A stretch of 64,000 bases of DNA, from NCBI GenBank assembly GCA_963822445.1, contig CAWGHO010000003.1, forward strand, positions 928,001 through 992,000, in the 5' to 3' direction. The position numbers and the translations under genes were made by a program. This document shows, in pieces, positions 21,301 through 29,105 of this stretch. How positions within the stretch are numbered: position 1 is the stretch's first letter; each line of letters starts with the position of its first letter. The stretch is from an uncultured Acidobacteriota bacterium. Its GTDB lineage: Bacteria; Acidobacteriota; Thermoanaerobaculia; Gp7-AA8. The notes below the pieces were generated by a model. That model was given only the letters and a program-made list of their open reading frames with translations. It had not been told where the DNA came from and did no database searches.

Positions 21301-22104
21301 GCCGTCGATCTTTGCCTGGACCGCGAAGTCGATCGCGGCGATGGCGTTCGCGGTCGTGCCGTAACCGTCCGCGTCCAGGAACTTGAGTCCCATGATCGAC
21401 GTCGTCCAGTTCACGCCGGCGACTCCGAGGGAGTTGTTGCCTACTCCGCCGATCGTTCCCGAGACGTGCGTGCCGTGGTAGTGATTGTCGTGCGGATCAC
21501 AGGTCTTGGTGATGGCGTTGAACCCGTGCGTGCCGGCGGCGCAGGTGACGTTTCCTTTGCCGCCGGGGTTGTTCCAGATGTTCGCGGCGAGGTCGGGATG
21601 GTTGTAGTCGACGCCGGTGTCGACGACGCCGACGACGATCGATGCGGATCCCGTGGTCACGTTCCACGCTGCCTCGGCATTGATGTGGGAGCCCGGAAAT
21701 CCGGGCGAGCCGCCGATCGATTGCCCGGTGTTCTTCAGGCCCCAGAGCAGGCCGAACGAGGTGTCGTTCGGCGTCGCCACGAGACGGAGGACGTAGTTCG
21801 GCTCGACGTATTCGATGTTGGGGTTCTTTTCGAGGGCCGCTGCAAGGGCTTCGACGTTCTTCGAGCGCGAACGGAAGCGCATGACCGTTCCCGACGCGAA
21901 ACTCGCAACCCGTTCCGACTCCTCGGCGTCGGCGATCTGCTCGAGGTTCGCCAGCGCGGCCTGCGAGGCCCCCTTCCTGATCTTGATCAGGACCTCGCGG
22001 GGAACCGATCCTCCGGTGGGCTTGATCGCCGGCGCGGCGTTGGCGGAAATCGCGAAGACGAGAATGAGGAGCGAGCGGACGAGTACACGGAGCGTCGTGT
22101 GCAT
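15346..22104 (-). CDS. Secreted S8 subtilase with three FG-GAP repeat clusters, DUF11-like Ig domains, an Fn3 domain and a C-terminal triple repeat
   Basis: Catalytic triad VVDTG / HGTHVSG / GTSMAAP; many GDFNGDG..DLAV repeats; signal peptide. Confidence 0.93.
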   Translation of the reverse strand: MHTTLRVLVRSLLILVFAISANAAPAIKPTGGSVPREVLIKIRKGASQAALANLEQIADAEESERVASFASGTVMRFRSRSKNVEALAAALEKNPNIEYVEPNYVLRLVATPNDTSFGLLWGLKNTGQSIGGSPGFPGSHINAEAAWNVTTGSASIVVGVVDTGVDYNHPDLAANIWNNPGGKGNVTCAAGTHGFNAITKTCDPHDNHYHGTHVSGTIGGVGNNSLGVAGVNWTTSIMGLKFLDADGYGTTANAIAAIDFAVQAKIDGVNVRVLSNSWGGGYFSKSLLDAINKANEHDILFVASAGNDSSNNDFYPKYPANYATPNMISVAATTNTDGIAYFSSYGPTTVHLGAPGVDVYSTFPGASYGYLSGTSMAAPHVAGVAALILASTPALTTAEVKSEILDNTDPLSSLSGKTITGGRLNAAKAIGAPLGPDFSITTSPSTRTVVRGNSTTYTITITPSAGFTGSVALSVSGLPSGSSSSFSPSSATTTSTLTLNIGASSPTGNYPLVISGIADGIAHATVANVSVVTTAPVVGCPSFNARIDYSAAGAAALAAGDFNRDGIVDLAVANVTGKTVATLRGNGTSFLSAVYHEVGTAPIAVTTSDFNGDGKTDIAVANSGSNDVSILLGTGDGAFQSAVHYSAGVSPFSVAAGDFDGDGKIDLAVANNGSSNVSILKGAGDGTFQSAVNYGTGSGPFWVAIGDFDSDGRNDLAVANYNAGKVSILPGNGDGTFGAAVDLTVGGAPSSVAIGDFNADGALDLAVSNYTSNNIGVLTGNGDGTFDAAVNYATGTGPYSVSAGDIDGDGKLDLVTASSSGPVSLLRGNTNGTFAAATQYVAGTNPNQAIIADLNRDGKADIAVANPTSANVSVLFNSSVCALNCGTWAAAVDYAAGTTPDALAAADFNGDGRIDLAIADKSANDVSVKLGNGDGTFTAGGNYAAGDDPDALIAGDFNGDGTVDLAVANNGSGNVSILIGNGDGSFQTAANYGAGTNPRSVAAGDVNGDGRLDLVVANGGSNNVSVLLGNGNGTFQAAVNYAVGTNPSAVATADLNRDGRADIAAANTGSNNVSILLGNGNGTFQTATITAAGTSPSSIAAGDFNRDGKLDLAVSNGGSNDVSVLRGNANGTFQAALNYAVGTAPSMLVASDVDADGSLDLAVTNNGSNNVSVLFNTGTGVFESAVHSSAGNGPAALVAAHFNRDGKPDLAIANSTAASVSILLNTCPLSDMTVTKTHTGNFVQGDAARTYTITATNSGGAPTEGVVSVKDTLPAGLTATALSGTGWSCSAATLLCTRTDSLAPGASYPAITLTVKVASSAPASVTNTATVAGGGELDALNNTASDQTTVEPVTDLTITATHSGNFAQGDTGRTYKLLVRNAGGLATAGLVTVVDTLPAGLTATAIAGTGWNCTLGNLTCTRSDALAANTAYPAITLTVNVAANAPTSVTNVAAVTGGGDGVATNNTASDLTVIWNSQNCGSFGISVQYDTGDNPQDLAMGNFNGDAYADLVVANYYADNVSIYLGNGDGTFATASKYAVGDAPIAVATGDLTNDGISDLVILNQYSGSVSVLLGNGNGTFAARVQYPVSDYVNSVALGDFDGDGDLDVAATEGAYQGVVHILLGNGNGTLQTAAEYPAGQYPQSLTVADFDGNGRLDLVVSSEYGGLWVLLGNGNGTFQSAVQYASGNSTYWVSAGDFNRDGNVDLVAGSYYSGTAFVSLGNGNGTFQAPVIFQVSYGSFSATVEDLNGDGKADLVIVNGSSNRVVILLGNGDGTFQPEMSYSVGNGLTALVIGDFNADGRPDLAVTTAHNDKLIVMSGGCPDLTIAKSHAGNFKRGQTNAKYTLNVANIAAGGTLGQVTVTDVLPAGLTATAMSGSGWSCTLATLTCTRSDTLGSGSYPDISLFVTVSETAPASVTNTATVSGGADAVTSNNSASDPTTIVQGADLTITKTRLGPLARGQQGATYYINVGNSGAAPSSGTVTVTDAVPTGITPIALTGSGWNCDLAAVTCSRTDSLAVNQTYPVIILNVNVSVNAPATLTNTANVSGGGDVVPSNNSATDVANVLFTPTNLIATAATSSSVALTWTAIPNAPGYDILRSSNGGPLVLVKTVGGNSTTDTGLVPYTTYTYRVRVSVAPLPELSSPDLATTVIFTDDPLGPGTGMKAVHVNELRGAVNAMRAAAGLAAQTFTDSVTIGGPFKALHITELRSSLNAARTALGLPAIAFTDPALTAGTTMVKAAHVSELRNGVK

Positions 22105-22279
22105 GGATTCGGAACCCTGGGCATTCGCGAGCTGACAGGCGGGCGGGATCAGCCGGAAATCGGCCGTTCGAGCGTCGTCACGTTTGCCCGGTTTGCGAGT
22201 TATTTTGGACCGCGAGCACTATACGGAAGGACGGCCGGTCGTTCAACGCAATAATTGCTGGCGCTCGGGAGGGAAGGGG

Positions 22280-22355
<76 letters not shown>

Positions 22356-22445
22356 GGCAGAAGCGGCGCGGAAGATACCACAGCCGTTTTCGGTGGCAAG
22401 CCTCGACGTAAACGCATGAGCCCGTGAATCATTCCGTTTCGCCCG

Positions 22446-22473
22446 TTGACATGGCCCGGATCCCGCGTACACT
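22446..22473 (+). promoter_or_regulatory. sigma70-type promoter upstream of the riboswitch
   Basis: TTGACA-N16-TACACT. Confidence 0.7.
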
Positions 22474-22498
22474 CCTCCAGCCGCCATTTGGGTGGCGG

Positions 22499-22638
22499 CC
22501 TTGCCGCCTAATCCTCGGCGCCGAGGAACGGGGGAACCAATTAGCGACGGCTTGCCACCGTCCGGGGTGAATCCAGCCAGAAGCTGGTAGGGCTTCCAGC
22601 CCGAATCCGACAGCTAACCTCGTAGGCAGCCGGAAGGC
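22499..22638 (+). ncRNA. Cyclic di-AMP (ydaO/yuaA-type) riboswitch aptamer
   Basis: Conserved blocks in the correct order: AATCC…AGGAACGGGGGAACC…GGGGTGAATC…GTAGGG…CCCGAATCCGACAGCTAACCTCGTAGGC. Confidence 0.9.
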
Positions 22639-22647
22639 TCGGCCAAG

Positions 22648-22683
22648 CAAACGCCGCGAAGAAATTCGCGGCGTTTGTCATTT
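22648..22683 (+). terminator. Probable riboswitch expression-platform terminator
   Basis: CAAACGCCGCGAA-GAAA-TTCGCGGCGTTTG stem with a U-rich 3' side (TTTGTCATTT). Confidence 0.65.
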
Positions 22684-22872
22684 GCGCGAACATTTGCGCG
22701 AAAAATCCATCCCGATGGATCCCCCGCAACGGCGTCTTGAACGATCCACCTTTTTCGGAATTGACTCCGCCCGCCGCAAACGATAGAAGCAGCAGGTAGT
22801 TGACGGTTTCCGGCATCGGCGGCTGGAAACCTGCACAACCACGGCGTTCTGAAACCTTTGAAAGGAGCCGAT

Positions 22873-25871
22873 ATGAAACGGTGCCCTCCCCTTTGGTATC
22901 GCGCGGCATGGGCCGCGATGCTCGTATCACTGCTGGCGTTCGGTGCATACGGGCAAGGTGCGCAGTCCGGCAATATTTTCGGCACGGTAGCGGGCAGTGA
23001 CGGAGGCGCCCTCCCGGGCGTGACCGTAGTCCTGACAGGCGGCGGTGCTCCACAGACCACCGTCACCGACGCTCAGGGACGTTTCCGCTTCATCAACCTG
23101 TCTCCCGACACGTACTCGCTGCGAGCCGAGCTTGCCGGCTACGGCACCGCGGAACGGTCGGGCGTCACGGTGAACATCGGACGCAACGCCGAAGTCTCGA
23201 TGACGCTGAATCCCTCCGTCTCGCAGACCATCACGGTCACCGCCGAGACCCCGCTGCTCGACGAGCGGCGCACCGGCACGGGCACGACGATCACCGAGAT
23301 CGAGCTCGAAGAAGATCCCGACCGCGCGTGACCCCTGGGCGATCCTGCAGCAGACCCCGGGCGTGCTCAGCGACCGCATCAACGTCGGCGGCAACGAGAG
23401 CGGCCAGCAGTCGACCTTCGTTTCCAGGGCATCACACCAGCGACGAGGCGACGTACGGCGGTGGACGGCGTGGTGATCACCGACATGGCGGCCACCGGCT
23501 CCTCGCCGGCCTACTACGACTTCGACTCGTTCGAAGAGATGCAGGTCACGACCGGCGGCACCGACACCGCGCGTGCAGACCCCGGCGCGCACGATCAACA
23601 TGGTGACCAAGCGCGGCACCAACGAGTGGCGCGGCTCGGGCCGTTACTTCATGACCCCCGGCGACTATCAGGCCGAGGCCTCCGTTCCGGCCGAGGCGTT
23701 CTATCTCCAGCGCACGCAACGAGATCGAAGACATCACCGAATGGGGCGCGGAGATCGGCGGCCCGATCATCCGCGATCGTCTCTGGTTGTGGGGCGCCTA
23801 CGCCGACCAGCAGATCGACCTGTTCACCGCGCAGCCGATCAACACGACGGTTCGCTACTCCGACAAGACCACGCTCGAGACCTTGAACGCGAAGGTCAAC
23901 GCCCAGGTCTTCAGCAACAACAGCTTCACCGGCTTCTACACGGACAACCAGAAGATCAAGATCGGCCGGAACATCGGTCCGCTCCGTCCGCCCGAGACGA
24001 CCTGGAACCAGGGGGCGTTCGGCCCGCGTGGAACGTTCAAGCTCGAAGACACGCACATCTTCTCGTCGAGCTTCTACCTGACCGGCATGTACTCGAAGGT
24101 CAACGGCGGGTTCTATCTCGCCGCGCAGAGCGGTGAGAACTGCACGTCCATCGATTGCATCCGCTCGGTGCCGAAGGCGATCGTTCGCGACGTCACCGGC
24201 GGTGACCACCATCTCGAATACCGCAACACCTACTTCTCGCCGTTCGGCGAGCGTCCGCAGGAGCAGACCCGCCTCGACGGTTCGGCGTTCTTCTCCACCG
24301 GCGCGCTGAACCACGAGCTGAAGTTCGGTTTCGGCTATCGCACGGCCGGCACGCACAGCGTCTCCATCTGGCCGCAGGGGCAGTACATCCTCGACCTCGA
24401 CGGCGCGGGTTTCGGCCTGACCTACTTCCAGTCGTCCGACTTCGTGAACTACGAGTACGACTACAACGACATCTACGTCGGCGACACCATGCTGTGGGGC
24501 AATCTGACCCTGCAGGCTGGTCTCCGTTTCGACCGCCAGAAAGCCTCAGCCGGGGATCAGATCGGTCCCGAGAATCCGATCGTTCCTGAATTTCTGCCCG
24601 CGCTGTCGATCAGTGGAAGTGAGATCGACACGATGGAATGGGAGAGCATCTCGCCACGAATAGGCCTGACCTACGCGCTGGGGCAGGACAAACGAGCACT
24701 GGTACGAGCTTCATACAATCGATTCGTCGGTCAATTAGGGTCGAACACATCAGGCTACGCCGGCGTCATACCGGTCTCGTACAGATACATATCCTTCCTG
24801 ACCTTCGATGAAAATCTGAACGATCTCATCGAGGAAGGGGAGGTTCTGTACAACTACGGGCCGTACGGTTGGCTGGGACTCGATCCCGACAATCCGAGCT
24901 CGGTCATCCCCACCACCCGGGTGGATCCCGACATCGAAGCGCCAACGACCGACGAGTACATCCTCGGCTTCGAGTACGAGATGTTCCGGGACTTCGTCGT
25001 CGCGGTGAACTACACCCACCGCGACATCGATCAGTTCGTAGGAACACGATTCGAGAAAAACCGCGGCATGGGGGACTACATAACCGCAGCCGACTATCAG
25101 CTGCGGGTCAACGGCGATACCGGGCAACCGTTCCCCGCTACGAGACCGGGCGGCGTGACCGAGGTAGGCAACTACTCGGTACCGGTCTATGAGTTGAAGC
25201 CCGGCATCTCACCGAACTTTTCAGTTCTGACGAACCTGCCCGGTTATTCGCAGACGTATGACGGCATCGAGCTGTCTCTCGTCAAGCGGATGAACAACCG
25301 CTGGATGTTCCGCGGCAACTTCTCGTTCAACGACTGGACCCAGGACGTCGATCCGCAGTACTACGATCCGACGCCGGTTCGCGTCGGCTCGGGCTGCTCG
25401 AACTGCGACGGCGCCGACGTCGTCGAGCAGTCGACCGGCTCTGGCAACAAGGGCAGCGTCTGGATCGATGCCGACTGGGCCTTCAATATTGCCGGCGTCT
25501 ACCAGATCCCGGTCATCGAGACGAACTTCGGCGTGAACTTCACCACCCGCCAGGGTTATCCGATCCTCTACGTCCACAACGCGGACGTGACCCAGGCCGG
25601 TGCGGACACGAAGAACGTCCTCGTCGAAGAAGTCGGTGCGAGCCGCCTCGACAATCCGTACTCGCTCGACCTTCGCCTGTCGAAAGACTTCCGCTTCCGC
25701 GGGGTGGGGCTGGAAGTGGCCGTCGATGCCTTCAACATCACCAACGAGCGCACCGTCCTGCAGCGCAACTCCAGTCTGACGTCGTTCGACGCGGCCGTTG
25801 CGTCGCGCAACCGCATCACCGAGCTGCAGAGTCCCCGCGTTCTCCGGTTCGGTGCCCGCTTCTCGTTCTAA
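22873..25871 (+). CDS. TonB-dependent receptor (Oar-like, carboxypeptidase-regulatory-like N-domain), broken by several frameshifts at about 23310-23720
   Basis: AAGGAG RBS and signal peptide; plug motifs PTARDPW..LQQTPGV, DGVVITD and INMVTKRG lie in shifting frames; the barrel ends in PRVLRFGARFSF. Confidence 0.88.
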
Positions 25872-25899
25872 GCCCCTTGGATCACAATGGTTCCACCAG

Positions 25900-25935
25900 C
25901 CCGCCGGGAATTCTCCCGGCGGGTTTTTTTCTTTT
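25900..25935 (+). terminator. Intrinsic terminator
   Basis: CCCGCCGGGA-ATTC-TCCCGGCGGG followed by T7. Confidence 0.9.
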
Positions 25936-25971
25936 CCGTGCGCCGTCACCAACAACCCGGAGGTCCTGACT

Positions 25972-26946
25972 TTGATCCGATCAGCACGTTTCTTTGCGGT
26001 GAGTCTCGCTCTGTGCGCCGCCCTCGGCGCGTCCGCACAGGCATGGAAGGGCGTGGCCCGGATTCAGGGCGTCGTCGTCGATGCCCAGGGCAAGGCCATC
26101 AAGGGCGCGAAGGTTCACCTGAAGTCGGTGCGGATGGATGGCGCCGGCCCCAAGCCGATCGTCACCGACGACCGTGGCAAATGGGCCGCCCTCGGGCTGG
26201 CCAGCGGCAAGTGGAACGTCGACGTTGAGGCCGAGGGCTTCCTCCCGCGCGCGACGAGCGTGGAGCTCAGTGAGCTCACGCGCATCCCGCCGATGAAGAT
26301 CGAGCTCGAGGCCGCGCCGCCTCCCGCTCCGAAGGAAGAGCCGGCCGCGGTGGAAAGCATTCAGGTTGGTGGCGTCGAAGTCACTCCCGAGATCGCGCAG
26401 GCCCTCGAAGCGGCGAACGGCTTCATGAAAGAACAGAAGTGGAAGGAAGCGGCCGCCGAATACGAAAAGGCGGTGGCCGTTCTTTCCACGAACATGTCTC
26501 TCAAGTTCGCGCTGTCCCGCGCGTACTACGGCGCGGGGGAGATCGACAAAGCGATCAACCAGCTGCAGGCGGTTTACGCGGCGGACAGCGGCAACATGAC
26601 CGCGGCTACGCTGCTCACGGACATGCTCCTCGAGAAGGGGCGCATCGACGAGGCCAAGAAGATTCTCGCCGCGCTGCCGCCGGGCGCGCTCTCTGATCCC
26701 AACACGATCATCAACCTCGGCATCCGCTTCATGAATCAGAACAAGGGCGAAGAGGCCCTGAAGTACTTCAATGACGCCGTCGGCGTCGCGCCGGATCTCG
26801 CGGCCGCTTATTACTACCGCGCCGTTGCCTCGCTGTCGCTCAAGAAAATGGCGGACGCGAAGAAGGACCTGAACAAGGTTATCGAGATGGCGCCGGATTC
26901 ACCCGAGGCCAAAGACGCGAAGGAACTGCTCGCTCAGATGAAATGA
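25972..26946 (+). CDS. Secreted protein with a carboxypeptidase-regulatory-like domain and TPRs
   Basis: GGAGG RBS with TTG start, signal peptide, IQGVVVDAQG..IKGAKV, C-terminal TPR helices. Confidence 0.85.
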   Translation: MIRSARFFAVSLALCAALGASAQAWKGVARIQGVVVDAQGKAIKGAKVHLKSVRMDGAGPKPIVTDDRGKWAALGLASGKWNVDVEAEGFLPRATSVELSELTRIPPMKIELEAAPPPAPKEEPAAVESIQVGGVEVTPEIAQALEAANGFMKEQKWKEAAAEYEKAVAVLSTNMSLKFALSRAYYGAGEIDKAINQLQAVYAADSGNMTAATLLTDMLLEKGRIDEAKKILAALPPGALSDPNTIINLGIRFMNQNKGEEALKYFNDAVGVAPDLAAAYYYRAVASLSLKKMADAKKDLNKVIEMAPDSPEAKDAKELLAQMK

Positions 26947-29105
26947 TGGGTTCCCCGGCGAGATCGGTCGCGCTGATCGTCCTCGGCCTCGCGCTGGCCG
27001 CCTGCCGCGGCGACGACAAATTGCCGCCGCCCGCGGCCGGCACGCCGGTCTTCATCATCTCCATCGATACGCTGCGGTCGGATCACCTTCCGGCCTACGG
27101 ATACAAAGGCGTCGAAACGCCGCGGATCGATGCTTTTCGCGACGACGCCGTGCTCTACGAGCGGGCCTACTCGCACACGCCGCTGACCCTGCCTTCGCAT
27201 GCGTCGATCCTCACCGGCGCTCTTCCGGCGGATCACGGGATCCGCGACAACACCGGCTACCGTCTCGGCGCGAAAGTCCGCACCGCCGGCGAGATTCTCG
27301 GTGAGCGGGGATACGCGACCGGGGCCGTGGTTTCGTCGTTCGTGCTGCGCCGGCAGACCGGAATCGATCGCGGCTTTCAATTCTTCGATGACGAGGTCGC
27401 GCCGCTCAATCCGCAGAACCGCCAGATCGGTGCGATTCAGCGCGACGGCGCCGAAACGGTGCAGGTGGCGACGTCGTGGATCGAGAAGCAGACCAGGCCG
27501 GTCTTCTTTCTCCTCCATCTGTACGAGCCGCACATGCCGTACACGCCGCCGGAGCCGTATCGCAGCCGCTACGCGAATCACTACGACGGCGAGATCGCCC
27601 GCGCGGACGAGATCGTCGGGACGTTTCTCGATGCGCTCAAAAGCCGCGGTCTTTACGATCGTTCGCTGATCATCCTGCTCTCCGACCACGGCGAAGGACT
27701 CAACGACCACGGCGAGGTGGAGCACGGCACGTTTCTTTATCGCGAGGCCATCCAGGTTCCGCTGCTGGTGAAGTTCCCCGACTCGAAATTCAGCGGGACG
27801 TCGGTTGCCGCGCCGGTGCAGCTCATCGACGTCGTTCCCACCATCCTCGATCGCGCCGGCATACCGTCCACGGGCACGCCTGCCGGGCGCTCGCTGGCGA
27901 GCTTCCTGGTCGAGAAGAAACCGGAATGGCGCAAGGTCTACAGCGAAAGCTATTACCCGCGCTTCCACTTCGGCTGGGCCGATCAGCATTCCCTGATCGA
28001 CGGGCGCCATCACTACATTCACTCGACGAAATCCGAACTGTTCGACCTGGAGAAAGACCCTGCCGAGAAGGCGAACGTGCTGGAAGCGGATCGACGCACG
28101 TTCTTCGCGATGAAGTCCGCCATCGAGCCGCTGGTGAAGGAGGCGTCGGCGCCGGCGCCGGTTGGTTCCGAGGAAGCGGCGAAGCTGGCGGCTCTGGGCT
28201 ATCTCGGATCGACAGTGCAAACCAAGCCCGGTGAAACGCTGCCGGATCCGAAGGACAACATCCATCTCGCGACGAGCTCCAACGAGGCCTTCGCGAAATA
28301 TCACCAGCGCCAGTACGCCGAAGCTCTGGTCGTGATCGAGCGGCTGCTCGCGGAGAACCCGCGCATCCTCGATCTGTGGGACCTCAAATCGAAGACCCTC
28401 GCGCGCATGGGGCGTCTCGAGGAAGCGGTCACGGCGGCGAAAGAAGGATTGCGGCTCTCGCCGAACGCGACGCACCTGGCCATCGACGTCGCCACGCTGC
28501 AGATCGATCTCGCCAATTACGACGACGCTGAAAAGCACGCTGAGCTCGCGCTGGCGACTGACCCGGCCCAGGCCCACGACCTGATCGCGAGAGTCTGGAT
28601 CGCCCGAAAAAATACGGATCGCGCGGAAGCGGAAGCGAAGAAAGCGATGAGTGCGAGCGACCGCGTCGCGCCGCTGATCACCATGGCCCTCGTGCGGCGC
28701 GAGCAGGGGCAGCATGAGGAAGCGCTGAAGCTTCTCGAGCAGGCCGTCGAGAAAAAACAGAAGCGGGAAGAGATCGCCTCGCTGTACTTCCTGCGCGGGG
28801 ACATGCGCGCGCGTCTGGGACGTGCCGAGGAGGCGGAGCGGGATTTCCGGCGTGAGATCGAGCTCTTCCCGGAAAGTCCGCAGGCCTACCGCAATCTCGC
28901 GCTGCTGCTCGTCGCGGACGGACGGATCGAGGAAGCGACGGCGCTGATTCGCAAGCTCATTGCCGAGGCGCCTTTTCCTGGTTCGTACCACACCGTTTGT
29001 CAGATTCTCGACACGGTCGGCGATCAACGCGGCGTGCGCTATTGGGCGCGGCGCGGGCTGGCTCAGTTCCCTGAAGACAGGACGTTGCGGCGGCTGGCGT
29101 CATGA
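26943..29105 (+). CDS. Sulfatase-like (alkaline phosphatase superfamily) lipoprotein with TPRs
   Basis: Lipobox LAAC, ISIDTLRSD, PLTLPSH, YEPH, SDHGE and a TPR tail. Confidence 0.88.
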   Translation: MMGSPARSVALIVLGLALAACRGDDKLPPPAAGTPVFIISIDTLRSDHLPAYGYKGVETPRIDAFRDDAVLYERAYSHTPLTLPSHASILTGALPADHGIRDNTGYRLGAKVRTAGEILGERGYATGAVVSSFVLRRQTGIDRGFQFFDDEVAPLNPQNRQIGAIQRDGAETVQVATSWIEKQTRPVFFLLHLYEPHMPYTPPEPYRSRYANHYDGEIARADEIVGTFLDALKSRGLYDRSLIILLSDHGEGLNDHGEVEHGTFLYREAIQVPLLVKFPDSKFSGTSVAAPVQLIDVVPTILDRAGIPSTGTPAGRSLASFLVEKKPEWRKVYSESYYPRFHFGWADQHSLIDGRHHYIHSTKSELFDLEKDPAEKANVLEADRRTFFAMKSAIEPLVKEASAPAPVGSEEAAKLAALGYLGSTVQTKPGETLPDPKDNIHLATSSNEAFAKYHQRQYAEALVVIERLLAENPRILDLWDLKSKTLARMGRLEEAVTAAKEGLRLSPNATHLAIDVATLQIDLANYDDAEKHAELALATDPAQAHDLIARVWIARKNTDRAEAEAKKAMSASDRVAPLITMALVRREQGQHEEALKLLEQAVEKKQKREEIASLYFLRGDMRARLGRAEEAERDFRREIELFPESPQAYRNLALLLVADGRIEEATALIRKLIAEAPFPGSYHTVCQILDTVGDQRGVRYWARRGLAQFPEDRTLRRLAS

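Noticed and set aside
15346-22104. Diversity-generating retroelement or toxin system suggested by the repetitive large genes
   Set aside because: No reverse transcriptase, no adenine-specific TR/VR pair and no toxin/immunity pair seen; the repeats are protein-domain repeats
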